A stretch of 64,000 nt of DNA from an uncultured delta proteobacterium. Its GTDB lineage: Bacteria; Desulfobacterota; WTBG01. The DNA lies in the NCBI GenBank assembly GCA_963793865.1, contig CAWCBP010000004.1, forward strand, positions 96,001-160,000, written 5' to 3'. Below are positions 10,390-20,235 of the stretch, piece after piece. The number at the start of each line of letters is the position of its first letter. The stretch's first letter is position 1. Under the pieces are notes generated by a model that searched no databases, was not told the DNA's origin, and was given only the letters and a program-made list of their open reading frames with translations. The translations under genes were made by a program, and so were the position numbers.

Positions 10390-12804
10390 ATGGAAGGCAT
10401 ATCAAAAAAACAGCTCATGGAAGAAATAGATGAGCTGCGCCGTCAGGTGGCTGAGCTGCAGGGGGAAAAAGAGCGACTCAAGCAGTGGAAAACGGAAGAA
10501 GAGCGCAAATGGGACCGCTACCGCCTCATAAACGAAAACACCAGTGATCTTATTGCCGTCACCACCTTCAGCCTGAACCCCACGTACACTTACGTAAGCC
10601 CATCCCATAAACAGGTTTTGGGTTATGACCCTGAAGAGCTGATGGGAAAACAGGGTATTGATTTTGTGCACCCGGACGATAAAAAAAGACTGCTCCCGTT
10701 ACTGCAAAAATATATCACCCTCAAGGCATCGAAATTACTGGGCTTCAAAAATCGTGAACTGTCAGAACTGCTGGATTACCGGGTCAGAGACAAGTCCGGA
10801 AATTGGCATTTTCTGGAGAGCACCGTTAACATGATCAACGATGAGCTCCTCTTCATTTCACGGGACATAACCAGGCAAAAAGAGAAAATAGAATCAATCA
10901 AGCTGGCCTATGCCGAACTGATGCAGATATTTAATAACATCGTCGAAGGGGTGCGTGTCATCGATAAGGACTACAATGTGCTCCTGGTCAACAAAACCTT
11001 CGCCAACCTGGCCGGCATGAGCGAGGAGGAAATGGCCGGGAAAAAGTGCTTCGAGGTATTCAGCTGTTCCCTCTGCCACACCCCCGACTGCTTTTTAAAC
11101 CGAATTCTCGGGGGTGAAGCTCATATTGCCCTCGACACAGAGATCCATCGCAAAGACAACCGCACCATACCCTGCGCGGTCACCGCAACACCCTTCCAGG
11201 GCAGCGCCAACGAGCCCATGGGCATTGTCGAAAATTTCCGGGACATAACCCAGAGGAAGCAGTCGGAAAGGGAACTGCGGGAGGCCAATGAATTTTTAGA
11301 GCAGGTCATTGAAAACAGCAAGGATGGAATACTGATTGTAGATACCGGGGGCAACATAATTGCCTGCAACACTGCCCTGGCGCAGATGAGCGGGTTCAGC
11401 AAGGAAGAGCTGATGGGCAAACATGCGTCCATGCTGGTCATCGAGGATAAGGAAATGAGGAAAACGATCCTGGAAAAGACGGCGGAGCTCTTTGAAAAAG
11501 GGTTTGCCACCTATGAACCGACCTTCAAGTCAAAAGAGGGAAAAAACATCGAGGCCGAGTGCCTGTCCTCAATGGTATGGAACGCTGAAGGAGAGTATAT
11601 TGCCGGTGTATCGATCATACGGGACATCACCGAAAGAAAGCAAATGGAACGTCACATCATCCAGTCCGAGAAAATCAAATCGCTGGAGGAGCTGGCCGGG
11701 GGAGTGGCCCACAACTTCAATAATATTCTTGCCGCCATCCTGGGAAGGGCCCAGCTTCTGATGATGAAATTCACCGACCAGCCGCACGCGCAGGAAAGAA
11801 GGAAGGCGATGCTGGAGCTGAAGAAGAGCCTTGAGGTAATCGAGCAGGCCGCCCTGGAAGGAGCCCGCACGGTGAAGCAGATCCAGGACTTTTCACGCAA
11901 GCGGGAGGAAACCAACTTTACCAGGGTCGACCTCAATGAAATTATAGATCAGGGCCTGGAACTCACCCGCGCCCGATGGAAAGACGAGGCACAGTTAAAG
12001 GACATCACCATCACCATCAAAAAAGATTTCTCCCCGATTCCTCCCGTAGAGGGGAATGTCTCCGAGCTCAGGGAACTTTTCACCAATCTTGTCAACAATG
12101 CCTTTGATGCCATGCCCGGGGGCGGTGAACTGAGCTTGAAGACCTTCAGCGAAAATGGACAGGCGGTTATTAAAGTGGAGGATACAGGAGCCGGCATTCC
12201 CGAAGACATCCGGGACAGGATCTTTGATCCGTTTTTCACCACCAAGGGCGTCCAGGCAACAGGGCTCGGGCTGAGCGCCTCTTACGGGATTATCAGCCGG
12301 CATGGCGGAACCATTGCGCTGGATGGCCTGCAGGGAAGAGGATCATCTTTTACCATCAGGTTTCCGGTTGCAGGAAAACCGGTCGAAGAGCACAAGACGC
12401 AGTCTGTACCCGGAACAATGAAAAAAGCGTCCATTCTGGTGATTGAAGATGAGGATGATTTGCGCAACCTGCTCACCGACATCCTGAAAATGGAGGGCCA
12501 TGAGGTTGAAGCGGCGGCAAACGGCCGGGAAGGAATCGCGTCATTTGTCAACCGGCACTTTGACCTGGTTTTCACCGACCTGGGCATGCCCGAAATGTCC
12601 GGCTGGCAGGTGGCCAAGGAGATAAAGAAACTGGATGACAGGACGCCGGTCGCGCTTATAACCGGCTGGCACATCCAATTAAATGACGCGGAGAAGAAGG
12701 AAAAAGGGGTTGACTTGATCATCAACAAGCCGTTCAAGGTGGAAGAAATTTTCAAGCTGGTTGAAGAAGGCCTGAAGATCAAAGACTCCTATAACGGAAC
12801 CTGA
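10390..12804 (+). CDS. Hybrid sensor histidine kinase (3 PAS, HisKA, HATPase, REC)
   Basis: PAS ends DITQRK/DITERK; H-box GVAHNFNN; NAFDAM, DTGAGI, FFTTK, GLGL; receiver EDE..TDLGMP..KPF. Confidence 0.95.
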   Translation: MEGISKKQLMEEIDELRRQVAELQGEKERLKQWKTEEERKWDRYRLINENTSDLIAVTTFSLNPTYTYVSPSHKQVLGYDPEELMGKQGIDFVHPDDKKRLLPLLQKYITLKASKLLGFKNRELSELLDYRVRDKSGNWHFLESTVNMINDELLFISRDITRQKEKIESIKLAYAELMQIFNNIVEGVRVIDKDYNVLLVNKTFANLAGMSEEEMAGKKCFEVFSCSLCHTPDCFLNRILGGEAHIALDTEIHRKDNRTIPCAVTATPFQGSANEPMGIVENFRDITQRKQSERELREANEFLEQVIENSKDGILIVDTGGNIIACNTALAQMSGFSKEELMGKHASMLVIEDKEMRKTILEKTAELFEKGFATYEPTFKSKEGKNIEAECLSSMVWNAEGEYIAGVSIIRDITERKQMERHIIQSEKIKSLEELAGGVAHNFNNILAAILGRAQLLMMKFTDQPHAQERRKAMLELKKSLEVIEQAALEGARTVKQIQDFSRKREETNFTRVDLNEIIDQGLELTRARWKDEAQLKDITITIKKDFSPIPPVEGNVSELRELFTNLVNNAFDAMPGGGELSLKTFSENGQAVIKVEDTGAGIPEDIRDRIFDPFFTTKGVQATGLGLSASYGIISRHGGTIALDGLQGRGSSFTIRFPVAGKPVEEHKTQSVPGTMKKASILVIEDEDDLRNLLTDILKMEGHEVEAAANGREGIASFVNRHFDLVFTDLGMPEMSGWQVAKEIKKLDDRTPVALITGWHIQLNDAEKKEKGVDLIINKPFKVEEIFKLVEEGLKIKDSYNGT

Positions 12805-12885
12805 GAACACCCGCCTTTCCCCCTTCCCTTTAGAATCCCCTTCATGCAAGCCTGCGGGTTTCTCTCTCAGACCTTTATAGAAATG

Positions 12886-12908
12886 GTAGGAGCGGCTTTA
12901 GCCGCGAA
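12886..12908 (+). repeat. GTAG-type REP
   Basis: gtaggagcggctttagccgcgaa, near-identical to 258-280 and 39575-39597. Confidence 0.8.
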
Positions 12909-13034
12909 TATTTTTCACCTTTAGATTATTGCCCTCCTTATCAAACAGCCCTCGAAAAGGTCTTGCCTTTCCCGTATACTGGTGATACATAATAGAATAA
13001 ATTTCTATTTGGAATTGTTGCCAAATGTTGCCAT

Positions 13035-13111
13035 GCGCCCATAGCTCAGCTGGATAGAGCGGCAGACTACGAATCTGTAGGTCGGGGGTTCGAATCCCTC
13101 TGGGCGTACCA
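13035..13111 (+). tRNA. tRNA-Arg(ACG)
   Basis: Cloverleaf; anticodon arm gcaga-ctACGaa-tctgt; GTTCGAATC; CCA end. Confidence 0.97.
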
Positions 13112-13119
13112 GAAAAATC

Positions 13120-13150
13120 AAGCACCTGCAAAAGCTGTAGGTGCTTGTTT
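13120..13150. terminator. Terminator after tRNA-Arg
   Basis: aagcacctgca-aaagc-tgtaggtgctt plus T-run; near-duplicate at 15549-15577. Confidence 0.75.
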
Positions 13151-13185
13151 ACGATTGACCTTCCGTTTCTCAACTGACAAAGCTT

Positions 13186-14364
13186 CTATTCCGCTATCAA
13201 CCTCTGAATGTGGCGCCAGGACAGGATCTGTGCATCAGATCGCTGCTGGGAATCGTCACCGCCATAAACAACATGGCTTCGAATAGTTCGTTTCCGGGTT
13301 TTCCCCTCCATCTGATCAGAGAAGCGCTTGAGGTTCTTGAAAAAGTCCCCGTTAATCGTAGCCCCTGATTTTATCTCGACGGCAGCAAGTGTATCGCCGT
13401 GCTCGATAAGCAGATCAATTTCCGGTCCCCGGGCTTCCCGATAGTGAAAGAGGCCGGGCTGTAAGCCACTGTGCACAAGGGCTTTGTAGGTTTCAGAGAT
13501 AACCCAGCTCTCAAATATGGCTCCGCGCAGGGGGTGGTGGAGCAGCTGTCCCGGTTCGCGAATACCCAGCAGATAACACACCAGTCCGCTGTCAAAGAAA
13601 TGCAGCTTGGGTGCTTTGACAAACTGCTTGCGTATGCTGGTATGCCATGACGGAAGCCGATGGATAATGTAACTTGTTTCCAGAACAGAGAGCCAGGCGC
13701 GGACAGTATTGTGAGATACGCCGGCGTCACTTCCGAGTTTGGATAGATTGATCTCCTGAGCCGTACGCCCTGCACATAATTTGAGGAAGCCGGAGAAGGT
13801 TTGAAGGTCACCGACATTAATAACCTGGCGAACGTCCCGTTGCACATATGTGGCTGTGTAATCCGCCAGCCATTGGCCGGGTGGTATGCCGCGATCGTAA
13901 ATTCTTGGATAGCTTCCCTGCCAGAGCAACCCGTTCAGGGTGGAAGGTGCAGACGGGAAGGCACGCAGTTCTTCAAGGCTCGGTGGCAAAAGCACTAGAA
14001 TCCCACAGCGGCCCGCCAATGATTGGGTAATTGATTGAGACAAGCCAAAATGCTGCGAACCGGTCAGTATGAAGCGGCCCGGATCAGGTCGGGCGTCAAT
14101 ATCGCTCTGCAGGTAGGTAAGTAATGACGGGACATGTTGTATTTCATCAAAGATGGCGCCATCCACGTACTCGGACAAAAATCCACGAGGGTCACTGGCT
14201 GCAAAATCGCGAATGTCCAGCGCCTCAAGCGAAATATATGGTTTGTCAGGATATGCCATCCGACAAAGGGTAGTCTTACCAGACTGTCTTGGACCGGTAA
14301 CGAGGATTGCGGGGTAATAGCCTGTGAGTTCGCGCAATTTTTTTTCAAGGGTTCTTTTAATCAT
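13186..14364 (-). CDS. AAA+ ATPase, AAA_14/DUF4143 family
   Basis: GPRQSGKTT, FDEIQ, LTGS, KAPKLHFFDSG, EIDLL..VEIKS. Confidence 0.9.
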   Translation of the reverse strand: MIKRTLEKKLRELTGYYPAILVTGPRQSGKTTLCRMAYPDKPYISLEALDIRDFAASDPRGFLSEYVDGAIFDEIQHVPSLLTYLQSDIDARPDPGRFILTGSQHFGLSQSITQSLAGRCGILVLLPPSLEELRAFPSAPSTLNGLLWQGSYPRIYDRGIPPGQWLADYTATYVQRDVRQVINVGDLQTFSGFLKLCAGRTAQEINLSKLGSDAGVSHNTVRAWLSVLETSYIIHRLPSWHTSIRKQFVKAPKLHFFDSGLVCYLLGIREPGQLLHHPLRGAIFESWVISETYKALVHSGLQPGLFHYREARGPEIDLLIEHGDTLAAVEIKSGATINGDFFKNLKRFSDQMEGKTRKRTIRSHVVYGGDDSQQRSDAQILSWRHIQRLIAE

Positions 14365-14600
14365 ATATTAAGTCTCACATATAATACATAATTTGTCAAT
14401 TGAAATTACAAATTATGTATTTTTCGGTAAGCAAGCACTTTTTTGCCGACAAGTGATGTTAATTGAACCATTTGCCCATACGAAACGTATTTAGATTTAT
14501 ATAAAATGGCACCCACGAGCATATACACTTTGTTCCGATTGCGAAATAATGATCTTCCTGTTATAGTTTACTTATTTCCCTTTATCATGATGGAGAGGAT

Positions 14601-15494
14601 ATGAAAAATTTTACGCTTATAGCAGTGCTTGCGTTCATTGTCGGCCTGATGGGCAGCCCCGCACTCGGAGTCGAATACAGCACAGACTTTTTAGAGCCCG
14701 GCAACCCGGGAGGCGTTTCGGGAAGTTTGAAAACCTTTGATGACGGGTGGACGCTTGAAATCGGTAGTACCGTTGATGCGGACATCTGGATTAGCGACCT
14801 GCCGGAGGACATGATAACGGCAGGATTTATCCTCGAGTATGATGAATCAAGGGTATCCATTGCTAATATAGCAGTTTATGACGGTACCCTTCCCGGTCCG
14901 TGGGATGGCGATATGACTACTATTGTCGACGATCCTTCGAAACCGGGCATACTGGCGGTGATTGTAGGGAATTTTTCTTGCATCGATCCCGATGCAAGCA
15001 GAGATATTGCAATCGCCCGGGTTACTTTTGAATGTATATCAACCGAGGATGCCCAGGTCACCGTTAAACCGGTGTCGGATTTCGATACCATAGTAAGCTG
15101 CGAGGGAACAGTATATGATCCCCAAATAGCTCTTCATACCATCACCATATTTCAGGAGGGAACGGGACCGTCAACTACCACCACCTCCCCCTCAACCACG
15201 ACGTCGGCAGTAATCACATCATCAACTACCAGTTCACCGTCAACTACCACAACAACCATCAAGCGATGCCTGTCCGAGTCAATCTACGGCGGATACGCAG
15301 AAGAAACAAAACTTCTACGGCACTTCCGCGACAATGTATTACGCCAAACCGCTGAAGGCCGTGAACTGATAAATCTGTATTACCTGTGGAGCCCTGTCAT
15401 CGTGAGCGCAATGGAAGGTAATGATGAGTTGAGGACATGGGTAAAGGAAATGATTGATGATGTATTGCCCGTGATACAAGAGGCAGTGGAATAG
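14601..15494 (+). CDS. Secreted protein: cohesin-like domain, Ser/Thr linker, CFI-box-CTERM-like C-terminus
   Basis: Signal peptide; GFILEYD...IARVTFEC; STTTTSPSTTT; CLSESIYG..LLRHFRDNVL..EGRELINLYY.WSP. Confidence 0.75.
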   Translation: MKNFTLIAVLAFIVGLMGSPALGVEYSTDFLEPGNPGGVSGSLKTFDDGWTLEIGSTVDADIWISDLPEDMITAGFILEYDESRVSIANIAVYDGTLPGPWDGDMTTIVDDPSKPGILAVIVGNFSCIDPDASRDIAIARVTFECISTEDAQVTVKPVSDFDTIVSCEGTVYDPQIALHTITIFQEGTGPSTTTTSPSTTTSAVITSSTTSSPSTTTTTIKRCLSESIYGGYAEETKLLRHFRDNVLRQTAEGRELINLYYLWSPVIVSAMEGNDELRTWVKEMIDDVLPVIQEAVE

Positions 15495-15628
15495 TCAATC
15501 CATTTACCCGCCATAACGAGGCGGGACCGCTCCCGACGCACCACGTAAAAGCACCTGCAGTTTATGCAGGTGCTTTTCCTGTTGCCGATGACGTAAAATA
15601 ATTTGTTAATTAACCGACGTGCCCTTGA

Positions 15629-16507
15629 TTACAAGCGGATTTCCCAGCCGTGTTTGCGCCGATAAGCGAACCAATAAACAAAACCGACCATGAACGAACC
15701 GCCCACGATATTACCCAGGGTCACGGGAATGAGATTGACAAAGAAGAAATTATACCAGGTAAGGTTGGGAAAATCAGCCGCTACCTTTCCCGCCAACTGC
15801 CAGGCTTCCGGGGGCATCCATTGCTTGGCTAAAATGGCCCCGGGGATGTAGTACATGTTGGCAACGGAATGCTCAAACCCGCAGGCGACAAATGCGGTGA
15901 TGGGGAAAATAATGGAGAGGATTTTGTCGGTGTTGCTTCGGCCGCCCATGCACAGCCACACCGCCAGGCACACAAGCGCGTTGCACATGATGCCCAGGGC
16001 AAACAGGTCTATAAACGGCTTTCCGCACTTGGCGTTGGAGATGATCATCGCGTTCAGCCATATAATGCCCTTGCCGAACATGTAGCGCCTGCAGAGCAGC
16101 ATGATATATACGGTGCCGATGGCGCCGACAAAATTCCCCAGGTAGACGATTACCCAGTTGCGCAGGAGCTGGCGTACCGTGACCCTGCCGCTGACACAGG
16201 CCATGACAATGAGGTTGTTGCCGGTAAAGAGTTCGGCCCCCGCCAGGACCACCAGGATCAGGCCGAGACTAAAGGTAAGCCCTCCCAGCAGCCTGCCCAT
16301 GCCGAAATAGACATTGCCTTCAGCGCCGGCGGTTACGGTTGTGGAAAAAACGGCCCCCAGTGCGATAAAGGCGCCCGCAAGGATGGCCAGCACAAACAGC
16401 GTCCAAAAATCCATATTGGCCTTGGTGACGCCGACATTCTCCGCCTTCTCGGCGATTTGAGCGGGTGGAAATGCATCCATACTGATTATTGGGTCATTAT
16501 TGCTCAT
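15629..16507 (-). CDS. focA: Formate/nitrite transporter (FNT family)
   Basis: AGAFI, GAELFTGN, CNALVCLAVW, GFEHSVANM, LGNIVGG. Confidence 0.9.
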   Translation of the reverse strand: MSNNDPIISMDAFPPAQIAEKAENVGVTKANMDFWTLFVLAILAGAFIALGAVFSTTVTAGAEGNVYFGMGRLLGGLTFSLGLILVVLAGAELFTGNNLIVMACVSGRVTVRQLLRNWVIVYLGNFVGAIGTVYIMLLCRRYMFGKGIIWLNAMIISNAKCGKPFIDLFALGIMCNALVCLAVWLCMGGRSNTDKILSIIFPITAFVACGFEHSVANMYYIPGAILAKQWMPPEAWQLAGKVAADFPNLTWYNFFFVNLIPVTLGNIVGGSFMVGFVYWFAYRRKHGWEIRL

Positions 16508-16681
16508 GCCTTAAACTCCTCCTTCTTTTTTTCCGCACGCTCAGTGAGGAAAAGGGTTAAGATTACAAACTTCCCGTCAGAAAACATCTCCTGACAGGCA
16601 AGAACATACACACGGCTTCTACCCTGGGGCGAACGCTGCCGGGTGAATAGCCTCCTGCCGGCAGCGAGTTCGCCAACGGTA

Positions 16682-17095
16682 TCATTCCCACCCGATGGGT
16701 TGATACCCCCTCTCGCTCAGACAGCTATTCACATAATTCATAAAAACCGGGTCGGGATCTTTTATGCGGAAAAGCGCGTGCGTAACGGTTGATGCAGCTC
16801 CCGCCGCCGCTCCGGCTGCCGCCCCCCGTCCCACGTGACCGAACATCGATCCCGCGGCGGCCCCTGCCGCCGCGCCGACCACGCTGTTTTCAACCGTGTT
16901 TTTGGTAATCTCCCTGGCTTTTTGCGACTTCAGGTAGCTGTCGGCCATCAGGCAGCATTCTTCTATGTCCCTGTTCGCCTGTTCAGCACCCACGGTGTTC
17001 AGGTGCCCGTTCGGATAGAGGATGGGGCTCCTGGTCGTGCTGCACCCGCCCGCAATGACAATGCTTACAAAAAAGAACAGTATCGTTTTCTTCAT
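16682..17095 (-). CDS. Glycine-zipper lipoprotein
   Basis: Lipobox IAGGC; GAAAGAAAG repeats; CLSERGY. Confidence 0.8.
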   Translation of the reverse strand: MKKTILFFFVSIVIAGGCSTTRSPILYPNGHLNTVGAEQANRDIEECCLMADSYLKSQKAREITKNTVENSVVGAAAGAAAGSMFGHVGRGAAAGAAAGAASTVTHALFRIKDPDPVFMNYVNSCLSERGYQPIGWE

Positions 17096-17349
17096 AACTG
17101 TTCCTCCGTTCCCCCTCGGGGCATTACCCTATAGCATATAATCATAAACAGGTAAACAAATTTTTCAATCCGGCAGGCACTTATCCCCGGGGTGCATTCC
17201 CGGCAATCATATCCCTCAACATTTCGGCATCTTTTGCCGATAGGCACATACGAGGTGCTGCACGGATTGGCATCTATCGGGAAAGGCAAAACGGGGTTTT
17301 TCTTAAAGGTCGCACATCACACGGATGAACGTCATACGTGAGGAAAAAC

Positions 17350-18024
17350 ATGAAAAAAACAATCTTCAGCCTGTGCATCCTGTTGTACTGGCTTTTCCTG
17401 TTTCCCTCAAGCCCCGCGGGAATTATGCCGGCTGCCGCCGAAGTGGAAATAATAGACCATATGATGACCCGCAATCCACAGTGGAACACCGGCTGCTCAA
17501 TACCGATTCCCGCTGATACCTTCGACCAGACGGACAAGGAAGCGAATTGCTGGTTCTCCTGGAATGAAGCCACGGTAGCGGACGAGATTGCCTGTCAATG
17601 GTACAAGCCGGACGGCGCACTGTTCACCGAACAGAAAAACCTCACCTCCTATCCGTCAGGCTGCTGGTATTCCAGGATATTGATAAACGGCCATGCCCCG
17701 GCGAAACTGCCGGGTGAATGGCAGGTGAAGGTTTATTTTGCGGGCACCCTGCAATTCACCGAGCACTTTACCCTGCTTGGAGATCCATCCGCGGATGGGT
17801 GCCCCGCGGAACTGATCTATGGTCAAGACTCCGCGGAAACAAACCTGCTGCGATATCTGCGTGATGCGTTCTTGCGTCAAAGCCCTGAAGGCCGGGAGAT
17901 GATCGCGCTCTACTACCGGTACGGTCCGATTATGGCACGTGCGCTTAGAGAGGACGAAGATCTCAGGCAGGACGTGAAAATGATGGCTGACGCGCTGCTG
18001 GCATGGTTATCTGATTTAATATAA
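17350..18024 (+). CDS. Secreted beta-sandwich protein with CFI-box-CTERM-like C-terminus
   Basis: Signal peptide; WYKPDG, PGEWQVKVY; CPAELIYG..LLRYLRDAFL..EGREMIALYY. Confidence 0.75.
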   Translation: MKKTIFSLCILLYWLFLFPSSPAGIMPAAAEVEIIDHMMTRNPQWNTGCSIPIPADTFDQTDKEANCWFSWNEATVADEIACQWYKPDGALFTEQKNLTSYPSGCWYSRILINGHAPAKLPGEWQVKVYFAGTLQFTEHFTLLGDPSADGCPAELIYGQDSAETNLLRYLRDAFLRQSPEGREMIALYYRYGPIMARALREDEDLRQDVKMMADALLAWLSDLI

Positions 18025-18351
18025 GCCGAGCACCATCTGCTCAGCATTATCAAGCACGTCCATCAACTTGATGCCGCACAGAAAATCCTTCTTTCCCTGC
18101 TTCACCCAGCTGACCACACCGTCCACGGTAATGATTGCTTTTCCACCCAGCGCATACATTTTAAGAGAAAGTTTTGAACCCTGCTCCATGGTTTCACGCG
18201 CATAAAACGCCAGGCCGGTGCCGTTCAGGCTGATGTTAATTACCGTGCACTCCCTCCCCGGCAATTGCTCATTTTTCAAAAAATACCTGGCCTTCACGCT
18301 GGTAGGAATCCTGATGGCTTCTACTCTCCCTTCTATTCTTGCATGTTCCAT
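18016..18351 (-). CDS. PilZ domain protein
   Basis: RVEAIR..NISLNG..GVVSWV..GIK. Confidence 0.75.
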   Translation of the reverse strand: MEHARIEGRVEAIRIPTSVKARYFLKNEQLPGRECTVINISLNGTGLAFYARETMEQGSKLSLKMYALGGKAIITVDGVVSWVKQGKKDFLCGIKLMDVLDNAEQMVLGLY

Positions 18352-18536
18352 TGTTCCATGCCCTTTTGTTCTATCCAAAGGTTAGACGCACCCGCGGAAG
18401 CGAATGCCCCGCTTCAGCTTTCCACTTCCCGCTGAACAGCAATCTACCCGTTGGTTTCTTGCATCGATATCATTTTTATAGCACAGATAAAATAAAAGCA
18501 ATATGGTAAAATGAAAAATGAGCCACATTTTTACTT

Positions 18537-18631
18537 TAGCAGGTTGTTGAAAAACGCCCATCTGATTTGCGGCTCAAAGGGGGAGGGGCCTTTGAACAGC
18601 CCTGGAAAACTACTTTTTCAACAACCTGTTA
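18537..18631. mobile_element. MITE with CAGGTTGTTGAAAAA terminal inverted repeats (short form)
   Basis: tagcaggttgttgaaaaa...tttttcaacaacctgtta; related copies at 39719, 41499, 49144 and 61601. Confidence 0.8.
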
Positions 18632-18720
18632 GTGCCATAGATGAAAGAATGCTCGTCTTTCTCACGGATCCGGTATATACTCTCAACTGAGTAACTGAGC
18701 GTTTACCCGGAGGAAGCGGT

Positions 18721-20100
18721 ATGACAGGGCGATATGATCTGGTTGTAGCAGGTGCAGGACCGGCGGGCATCATGGCCGCGAAGGTTGCGGCCGGGAACGG
18801 CCTGTCGGTTGCGCTGCTTGAAAGAAAGCAAGACATGACTGCCGTCAGGCGGTCCTGCGCAACCATGTTCGCCATTGAAGATGATTACCTGTTCGGTGAG
18901 AGGATGTACTTTAACGCCCGGCAGAAAAAGCTGGTGTTCCCCGTGAACGGCTTCAGCGTGAACTATAAAGGTCCGCATAAAAACTTTTACGGGCAGGTGC
19001 TCTATGCCCCCGACGGTGAAACCTGCATCAGGATGGGCAACTATGAAGAAAACCGCGCCAGGGGAGACGAAGGACGTTTATCAGTAGTCTATGATAAGGA
19101 GGAACTGTTAACGGGCATGCTCACCGAAGCCGCAGACAGCGGGGCTGAAATAATATCCGGCATGAATGTGAACGGGGTGCACAAAAACAAGGAAAGCGTC
19201 ACGGTAACCACCGCCAACGGCCCTGCATTTGAGTCAACCTTTGTCATTGCCGCGGACGGTCTCAACTCAGGCATCGCCGAATGGCTGGGCCTCAACAAAA
19301 AACGGATATGGTACGGGACCGTCAAAACAATATCTTACGCGGTAACCGGCGTTTCGCTGCCGGCTCCGCTTACCTATAAAATGACCAACATTTTCGAGAA
19401 AAAGTATGGCCTGCCCCTCACTTATGGCATCGTTCCCCGGGCCTCGGGAGATGATACCTTCTGGCTTTTTATCGGCGGTCCCGCAGATGACAGGATAGAC
19501 TACGATGGCGCACTGCGGGATTTCATGCAGGATAGTCCCTTCGCCTCCTGGTTTCCCGGGGCGCGCCTGGGCACGAAACAGTGTGCGGTCCTCAACATAC
19601 TCTCTCCCATAGAGGACCCCTTCTGCGACAATGTGCTGGTTATCGGAGACGCCGCGTGGAATTTTGAAGCGGAAATTACCGGCGCCATCATGTGCGGCTG
19701 GAAGTCAGCGCACGCCGTAACCGTTGCGCTGCGGGACAACAGGCCCTCCAGGGAAGGCGTGGCACGGTATCTCACCTGGTGGCGGGAGTCATTTTTGCGC
19801 AATGATTACCGGGGCTACTTGCGGAGCCTGGCCTTGCTCTATGTTTTCAACGCGGCGGACATTGCTTACGTGTACGGGCTGATCGAGAAGCCGCTTCCCT
19901 GCACCCTGAACCCTCACAGGCTGCAGGAGCTGATGAATGCCGCCATCGGGGAGAAAATGGGGGTCATACAGAAGCAAAGGCCGGACATTATCGCCAAGTT
20001 CCGGCAGATTGCCACCGATCCCCTGGAGGAACTTTTAAAACCGCTGCGCTGTCTCCCCCCGGTAATAACCGCGGGGTATCTCCAGCAGGGCACTGAATGA
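18721..20100 (+). CDS. FAD-dependent oxidoreductase, geranylgeranyl reductase-like
   Basis: GAGPAG, VIAADGLNS, IGDAA. Confidence 0.8.
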   Translation: MTGRYDLVVAGAGPAGIMAAKVAAGNGLSVALLERKQDMTAVRRSCATMFAIEDDYLFGERMYFNARQKKLVFPVNGFSVNYKGPHKNFYGQVLYAPDGETCIRMGNYEENRARGDEGRLSVVYDKEELLTGMLTEAADSGAEIISGMNVNGVHKNKESVTVTTANGPAFESTFVIAADGLNSGIAEWLGLNKKRIWYGTVKTISYAVTGVSLPAPLTYKMTNIFEKKYGLPLTYGIVPRASGDDTFWLFIGGPADDRIDYDGALRDFMQDSPFASWFPGARLGTKQCAVLNILSPIEDPFCDNVLVIGDAAWNFEAEITGAIMCGWKSAHAVTVALRDNRPSREGVARYLTWWRESFLRNDYRGYLRSLALLYVFNAADIAYVYGLIEKPLPCTLNPHRLQELMNAAIGEKMGVIQKQRPDIIAKFRQIATDPLEELLKPLRCLPPVITAGYLQQGTE

Positions 20101-20235
20101 CCATCCTTCCGGAGCGACCCATGCAGGGGAACCTGCGTAACTATAGATTGACAGGAAAGCATGTTTCTCTTACAATTGCTTCGCAAAGATGGTTTTTCAA
20201 CTGTGTTTCACAATATCCTCAAGAAAGGAGATGGT

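Noticed and set aside
12932..12945. Fourth copy of the SD-terminator element (ccctccttatcaaa)
   Set aside because: Matches only the SD part of copy 2; the hairpin is absent
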